Part shown: piece by piece, positions 56,669 through 64,000 of the stretch
How positions within the stretch are numbered: position 1 is the first letter of the stretch
Layout of the letters: the number at the start of each line of letters is the position of its first letter
NCBI GenBank assembly: GCA_964016885.1
Contig: OZ024749.1
Location: 3,844,001-3,908,000, forward strand
Source of the DNA: Eledone cirrhosa
Lineage: Eukaryota
Length of the DNA stretch: 64,000 nucleotides
Reading direction: 5' to 3'
The notes under the pieces: generated by a model
Database searches by the model: none
Told to the model about the DNA's origin: nothing
The model's input: the letters and a program-made list of their open reading frames with translations, nothing else
Translations under genes and position numbers: made by a program

Positions 56669-57440
56669 TTAGAAGAATAAGAGAAAGGGAGAAAAAGTTG
56701 GAACATCGGATTTTTGAAAAGAATATTATTGCAGTCTGGGGAGGGTAGGTGAGATGTGTGGTGGAGTGGGACATTGTTGTGCCTCGTGGTTGCTGTTACG
56801 TGTGTGTAGATTGTGAACATTCAGTGGATTTACGTTAATACTTCTGAGTCTGTGAGTCTGTGGTTGTGAGCATGTGCGCATTTATGTATAAATGTGTACA
56901 TGTGTGTGTGTGCGTGCGTGTGCGTGTGTGTGCGTACATGTGTCTCTCTACAAACAATTTAAGTGATTTTTATGTGTGCTTGTGTAGTGTTTGTACACGT
57001 TATTGTGTGGGTGTGTTATATGAGGATATTGGCCTGTGTCTTGGGTGTATATTAATTTATGCTTATGTGTGTGTGGGCTGGTTTTATATCGTTAATTGGA
57101 ATATGCGTGTGTGTTTCTGTGTGTTTGAGTGAATGTTTTATATAGTACGGCAGCATTCGCCTGTACGCCTTTGAGTATGCTCGTGTATTGGTACATGTAT
57201 GTTTATATTCACCAATTGCATAACTAATTCATAACTAGACTGTCCTTATTAGGACAGGAATACCCTTGCTTTAATATTTAGAACATTTAGGATAGTGAAA
57301 GGCCATTTTTAATCCCTAGGCATAAGAGCTCACGCTTAGGTAACATAATCAAGACCAATGATATTCAATCATTTACGTCCTCGTGGTTTAATTGATAAGG
57401 TCTATCTCAAGTGTTAGTGTATATATATTGTATATATATA

Positions 57441-57481
<41 letters not shown>

Positions 57482-57485
57482 GTAT

Positions 57486-57635
<150 letters not shown>

Positions 57636-57797
57636 TAAAATGAACGTGACCCAGCCGGTCACGGGTGGTCTAGTATATATATAAAATCAAGAACACAGCA
57701 CAGAACACAACACGCAACCCATGACGCTACGATCATATGTCCAACGAACTTACAACTAGGCCAAATGCCTCGCAACATTTCCAGTCCTGTAGAAGCC

Positions 57798-57939
<142 letters not shown>

Positions 57940-57945
57940 ACATGC

Positions 57946-58023
<78 letters not shown>

Positions 58024-58057
58024 CTCTATCTATCTATCTATCTATATATCTATATAT

Positions 58058-58112
<55 letters not shown>

Positions 58113-58200
58113 TATGTATCTCTATATATATATCTATATATATAGAGGGAGACAGAATAGAAAACGTAAAATCAGTGATGCATCTTAACTCAATTTAATG

Positions 58201-58288
58201 TGTGTTACAATTGTTTCGCCGGCGGACGGCTCGAGAGGGGACCATGGTGTGGATCAGTCTGATTCTGGACCCGCAGGTTCGACGGACA
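58201..58288 (-). ncRNA. Degenerate hammerhead motif
   Basis: tgt-CCGTCGA-[~60 nt]-GAAA-caattg-TA-aca; same family as 42551-42639. Confidence 0.45.
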
Positions 58289-58307
58289 TGTCTAATGATT
58301 TCGGAGC

Positions 58308-58393
<86 letters not shown>

Positions 58394-58434
58394 AAGAACA
58401 CAAGAGCGTCTACAACATCAACAGATTTTTATTC

Positions 58435-58479
58435 GCTTACAATGTTTCTTCCTTACGTAACCGTAGGATTCGTCAGAGC
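58435..58479 (-). ncRNA. Type-I hammerhead motif, left arm of fold-back
   Basis: gct-CTGACGA-atcctacg-gtta-cgtaaggaa-GAAA-cattg-TA-agc. Confidence 0.75.
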
Positions 58480-58789
58480 TATAAGAGGGGTTTGATTGGT
58501 GTTATGGACTCTACCAACCAAACATTCAAGAACAAAGAGTAAAGAGAATAAAGAGCAACAGTAGGGGACGATAAGTCTAATTTTGGTGCGGGAGGGTGGG
58601 GTGTGGGTCCTTGTTTACTACTCCCGGGAATGAATATGACCCCGCAGCTAGTAAACAAGGACCCACACCCCACCCTCCCGCACCAAAATTAGACTTATCG
58701 TCCCCTACTTTTGATCTTTATTCTCTTTACTCTTTGTTCTTGAATGTTTGGTTGGTAGAGTCCATAACACCAATCAAACCCCTTTTATA

Positions 58790-58834
58790 GCTCTGACGAA
58801 TCCTACGGTTACGTAAGGAAGAAACATTGTAAGC
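58790..58834 (+). ncRNA. Type-I hammerhead motif, right arm of fold-back
   Basis: Same motif on the + strand. Confidence 0.75.
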
Positions 58835-58976
58835 CAATAAAAATATGTTGATGTTGTAGACGCTCTTGTGTTCTTTTTCATATATACGGCTCTGCTCCAA
58901 AGCATAGAGCTAATTATTATGCCGCCAATACCTTAATGGGACACGGGTATACAATACCTAACTCCTATTAACCTAA

Positions 58977-59050
<74 letters not shown>

Positions 59051-60014
59051 TGTGTGTGTGTGTGCGTCTGTGTGAGTGTCTGGGTGGTTGGGTGTACATG
59101 TATGCGTGCTTTTTACCAAAAGCCACACACTTCCATGATTCTAAAATTTACAATCATTGATTTCTAGTAGTTGTGTAACTTGAAGCATTTATGTAAACTT
59201 TAACCTATTCAAGTTCGATCAGTAACTAAAGCATAATTTTCAATAGATTTGCAATTTTTGATTAGTAAGAAGTAAATGACGAATAATAGTTTCTAGTTAG
59301 TTACAGCATGTATCTTCTTATCAATGTTAAACATATAAGATGCGGAAAAATTAAGAAAGCTCCAACTATTCTCTTCTTATATTCACTTTAGGTTTGCTTA
59401 TGTTTTTGCTTGATTATCATTATATATGTATATATATATATATACATATATACATACAATATATATATACACTATATATACATACACACACACACATATA
59501 TATATATATATATGTATATATATTATTTTGTTTCATAATTACATTCAATTCGATATACAGTATAACGTAGTTTAAATTGAAAACTCCATCAATTACACTA
59601 ACGGTATGTTGGGATTATGCTTCACATGTCCTCATTAAGAGGTCTTTCAGAGAAAATATACGACTTCTCTTTGTGCATGATATGAGGAAATGAATGGAGC
59701 GAATGAATGAATGAAGTCATGAATGAAGGAGAGAACGAGCGTGTGAGCTGCTGTGTGTTGTAAAACTCATAACATACATCAATAATGTAGTCAAGCCATG
59801 TCGTGTTTTTGATGAGCAAGTAAATGGTATTGAAACGATTAACAAAAGCTAATTCTCGTTCACAAAGATTTTCTTTATTTTTTTCGTATTTTTGACTAAG
59901 TTGTAATTACTGGTTTGCCATCAGTGATCAAGGTGCATCTTGCAGCATCGTGATTACATCAAAAGCTACATGAATATATACTAAGAAAATAAATTAGAAT
60001 AAACAAATATATAT

Positions 60015-60063
<49 letters not shown>

Positions 60064-60082
60064 AGTTATATATGTATATGTG

Positions 60083-60145
<63 letters not shown>

Positions 60146-60528
60146 TTTTATATATATATATATAAATCTTGCAAAAAATAAAATGAACAAAAACAAGCGA
60201 AATGCTATGTACTAGGTTTGTAATTTATCTTTCTTTTTGTCAACTTATATCAGCAACCCTTTTAAAAGACTGTATTCACTATTTTGTCACGAGTTTTCAC
60301 TCTTTTTTTAAATTTACCCAATGGCTGTGTAACTACGGTTTCGCTTATTTCTTTGAGGGTAATGTATATTAGAAAAGATGTGCGTGGGAAATGAGACCTT
60401 TTCATTTATTTGTGAAACTCACGCGTTTGAAGCTTGTAGTGTATACACGTATAAGATCATTGAATAGAATAGTGACGACTGAAGTTGATTGTGTTTAGTC
60501 AAGCTTTCACACACTTGAATACACGCAA

Positions 60529-60560
<32 letters not shown>

Positions 60561-60745
60561 ATATATGTGTGTGTGTGAATGAAGTAATTCCGTCGGGAAG
60601 GTCCATGAAAAAAGAGTGCTCTATGTAGGTTACAGAGCATAATAGTTATATAATAAACAACATAAGGTAATTATTTCATTTACCAGTGGTTTCTTGAAAG
60701 CAAACAAATTTTGCTTTCAATCCTCAGAATGAAAAAATCGTATGT

Positions 60746-60807
<62 letters not shown>

Positions 60808-61151
60808 CATATGTATATATTTTATATATATTATATACATATATATTTGTGTATATGTACACACACACACAGAATCTCCGAGCTCCTGGCCACACACTTA
60901 TCTGTGCGGACATTTACATGCATATATTCACACCCTCATATGTGGATACATGCATCCCTGCGGGATGAAAAACATATGCTGTGAAATGACAGAGGATCTC
61001 CGGGGTGTCAAGTGGAATTGGATACCACTTGACACCCGGTCAAGGTGATGCATCCACACATTGTTTGTACTGGTACAGTGTTGTGTTGGTCTAACTACAG
61101 CTTTGAGAATGTCCTAATACAAAAGATTGTTAATATCAGGATGAAAGGCGA

Positions 61152-61250
61152 GTTTAACTTTGCCTTTCATGTTTATGGGGTCGATAAAAAAAGTCCCTGT
61201 AATGCACTGGGATAATTGCTGGCCTTGTGCCAAAAGTACAAGCAATTATT
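61152..61250 (+). mobile_element. 5'-truncated SINE A copy
   Basis: taactttgcctttcat..ggggtcgataaaa..gcactgggataattgctggccttgtgcc. Confidence 0.75.
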
Positions 61251-61284
61251 ATAAATATGGTTTTATAAGTATAATTTCCACTTA

Positions 61285-61337
<53 letters not shown>

Positions 61338-61666
61338 CACATACACACATATATATACATACATACATACATATATATATATATACGTATATATATAAAT
61401 GGAAAAGAATGAAATTAAATTTCATTTCTCACTCTTAGTACGGCTGATACTTAAATGTAAGTAAGTATACGTACATACATATATGTATACAGACGTACAG
61501 TAGTATGTATATATATACATACATGCACACATATATATATATATGTACGTATGGGTTTACCGAACAGTTATTATAATGTTCGGTTTGTTTGTAAACAAAC
61601 AGCCCGAACCAAGCCGTACAGTATTCGGCAACCATCGTCGCCCTTTTGTTCAACACTGACAACAGA

Positions 61667-61709
61667 ACGATGAACTTGTTTCCAGCTTATTAGCTATCGT
61701 CAGCATCGT
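61667..61709 (-). ncRNA. Type-I hammerhead motif
   Basis: acgatg-CTGACGA-tagct-aata-agctg-GAAA-caag-TT-catcgt; 6-bp stem I and 5-bp stem II. Confidence 0.75.
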
Positions 61710-62065
61710 ATACCTTCCTGTCAGATGAGTGAACGTTTGAAAGTATATACTTTATTTATGCCTATTAACAGCTGAGCAGCCTCATTTGCATATCGAGTGA
61801 GTTAGTAGACCGGGCGTACCGAAAACGATATATATTTCTATCTATATATATATGGTGTATGCGTTATAAAGGCCAGACAAAATGAACAAGCTAAACAGGT
61901 TAACAAATCATTACCTGGACCTTCCCGAATTGCGGTGGTAAAATCCAATAGGAGGTTTCAAGTTTACTGTCTGCTCTCAAGTATAGTCTCTCTGAAGTAT
62001 ACTGTCTGCTTTGGTTGTAAGCTTCAGGTATGAAGATCGAACACGGCAGTCATACTATACTTTTA

Positions 62066-62205
<140 letters not shown>

Positions 62206-63109
62206 TATCCCGTTTGTATATATATTTCAAGCTTCTTAATGTGAGATCGTGTTTACATCAATATTATAGATTATGCTGTGTTACTGTACATATAAAACAT
62301 GCACCTGTGTTACTCTCTATCCTCCCTTCTATTCTTTCCCCTCTTACTTCCTTCTCTTCCCCTATCTCTTCTTAAAAAATTATATATTTCCCGCTTGCAA
62401 CATTTTATCGATTTAAATAATGCTGAAGCTTGCTTTAGAATGTATTATTATTATCAGTAAATTCTATTTTTATTTCTGCAGTTTTCTAAATGTGAAATCC
62501 TTTAAATATGTCTCCATTAAAACAAATATTTAGTTTATTAATTAATTAATTAATAAGATACTATTTTACCGGCAGATATACACATTTGTACACACACATA
62601 TCCATAGATAGACAGGCAATCACATGTATACTGAGTGAGGCAAACACACGCGGGCTGCAAGATAATCATTGTGACCCAGTTCATAGTTATATCTTTTCCC
62701 AATTTTAAGGTGTATTTACTTGTTATCTTCATGAGCAGCTTGTTTCGTTGATGAAACGACTGCGCATCATATTTATTTCTTCAATTTTAATAAAATCCAA
62801 AAATGAAGTTGATTCTCAAATAATATGTTATCCATTTGCTTCTACTTCAGTGTAAACACTGGGTTATTATTTGTGTCATATCACATTACATTTCAAACCT
62901 GACATATTAATTATGTCTGGGAAATATCAACCACAATTGTATTTAGTTAACCTTCTTGTTATCAAATTAATTAGTAGAATTATTATAATGTTTACATCAT
63001 TTATATCATGTATATATAATTGAATCACAAAATACTATTAGAGATTTTATTGTGAATATATTCAATAATTTCTATTGAGTTGAATGTATCTACTCTAACG
63101 CACGTACAG

Positions 63110-63140
<31 letters not shown>

Positions 63141-64000
63141 TAATATATATATATTACTGCACTCTAAAATAGTCATGTCCATATTTGGGGAAATGCGTAT
63201 AAATTTCTATAGATTGAAATATACCTACTCTAATGTACATATACTATATTCTAATATAGGTATGTCTACATTTGGGGGAATGAGTATAGATGTAATCAGC
63301 CCAAATCGGTAACTAGGATTATTTCTACAGATTTTGGATGTATGAATGTAATATTGTGGTTTTCAACTTATATATATATATGCATACATATACATCGGTG
63401 TGAAAATTAATCATAAACAATCTCAATTATATTTACCGCAGTACATCAAGGACAAAAGCCAAGCTAAAAATGATATCATCGTTAATATGATTGCAAGAGT
63501 TTATTAAAAAAAACATCTAGGATGAGAATCACATTAAGCTAGAAATTTCGAATGTGACTATTATTTTAACAATGGGAATAGTTAAAGAATTATAATCGAT
63601 AGAATATTTTGTTATATAGAATATAACGGTATACACTCCCAAAGTTTAAAATGAAATAATTAAGAAAAAATACAAAGAATATATTCGCAGACAATCTGAA
63701 CTAACACAGACTTAATGGAAACAGATGCGAAAATCAATATCAAAAGAATGAATCAAATAGTCTTTGCTACAACTGCCATGCTTACGATAGAATTTGGGAA
63801 CTGGTGGTTTTTATATTTAATTTTTTTATTTTTAGAAGCATGTAGTTCCACAAAGATAATGAGGGAAATAAGAAAAGAAAAAATGTGTATAAACACCGAA
63901 CGTAATACTAAGGAATTCCTCCTTTATTAATGAAATTCTCAATAAGACGACATGAATCATTGAGAAATGGAGAAGAATAAGAAAGACCATCTTTCGGAAA

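Larger units (their letters stand above)
58385..58886. mobile_element. Non-coding fold-back element (~236-bp arms, ~28-bp spacer), probably Penelope pLTR-derived
   Basis: 58385-58620 is the near-perfect reverse complement of 58649-58886; each arm has a hammerhead motif. Confidence 0.85.

Overview
AT-rich eukaryotic, animal-type DNA that looks intergenic or intronic. The repeat content suggests an octopus or other cephalopod; this is inferred from remembered SINE families and not verified. No host gene is confidently visible, and most ORF-track entries are translations of (TA)n/(CA)n/(GA)n microsatellites. The window is a mosaic of retroelements. It holds a frameshifted ~5 kb L1/Tx1 LINE inside a (GATA)n tract and two 5'-truncated Penelope-like elements of Naiad-type sequence. 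It also has back-to-back CRE-like and R4/Dong-like RLE LINE ends, an RTE fragment, and more than 12 tRNA-type SINE copies, several with TSDs. The main hidden signal is about 15 minimal type-I hammerhead ribozyme motifs (CUGANGA..GAAA..UH, often with a palindromic stem III). They occur in Penelope pseudo-LTRs and in short non-coding fold-back or inverted-repeat elements embedded in (TA)n. They include variants with a ~100-nt stem II and with non-canonical cores. All folds and alignments were read by eye; nothing was computed or searched.
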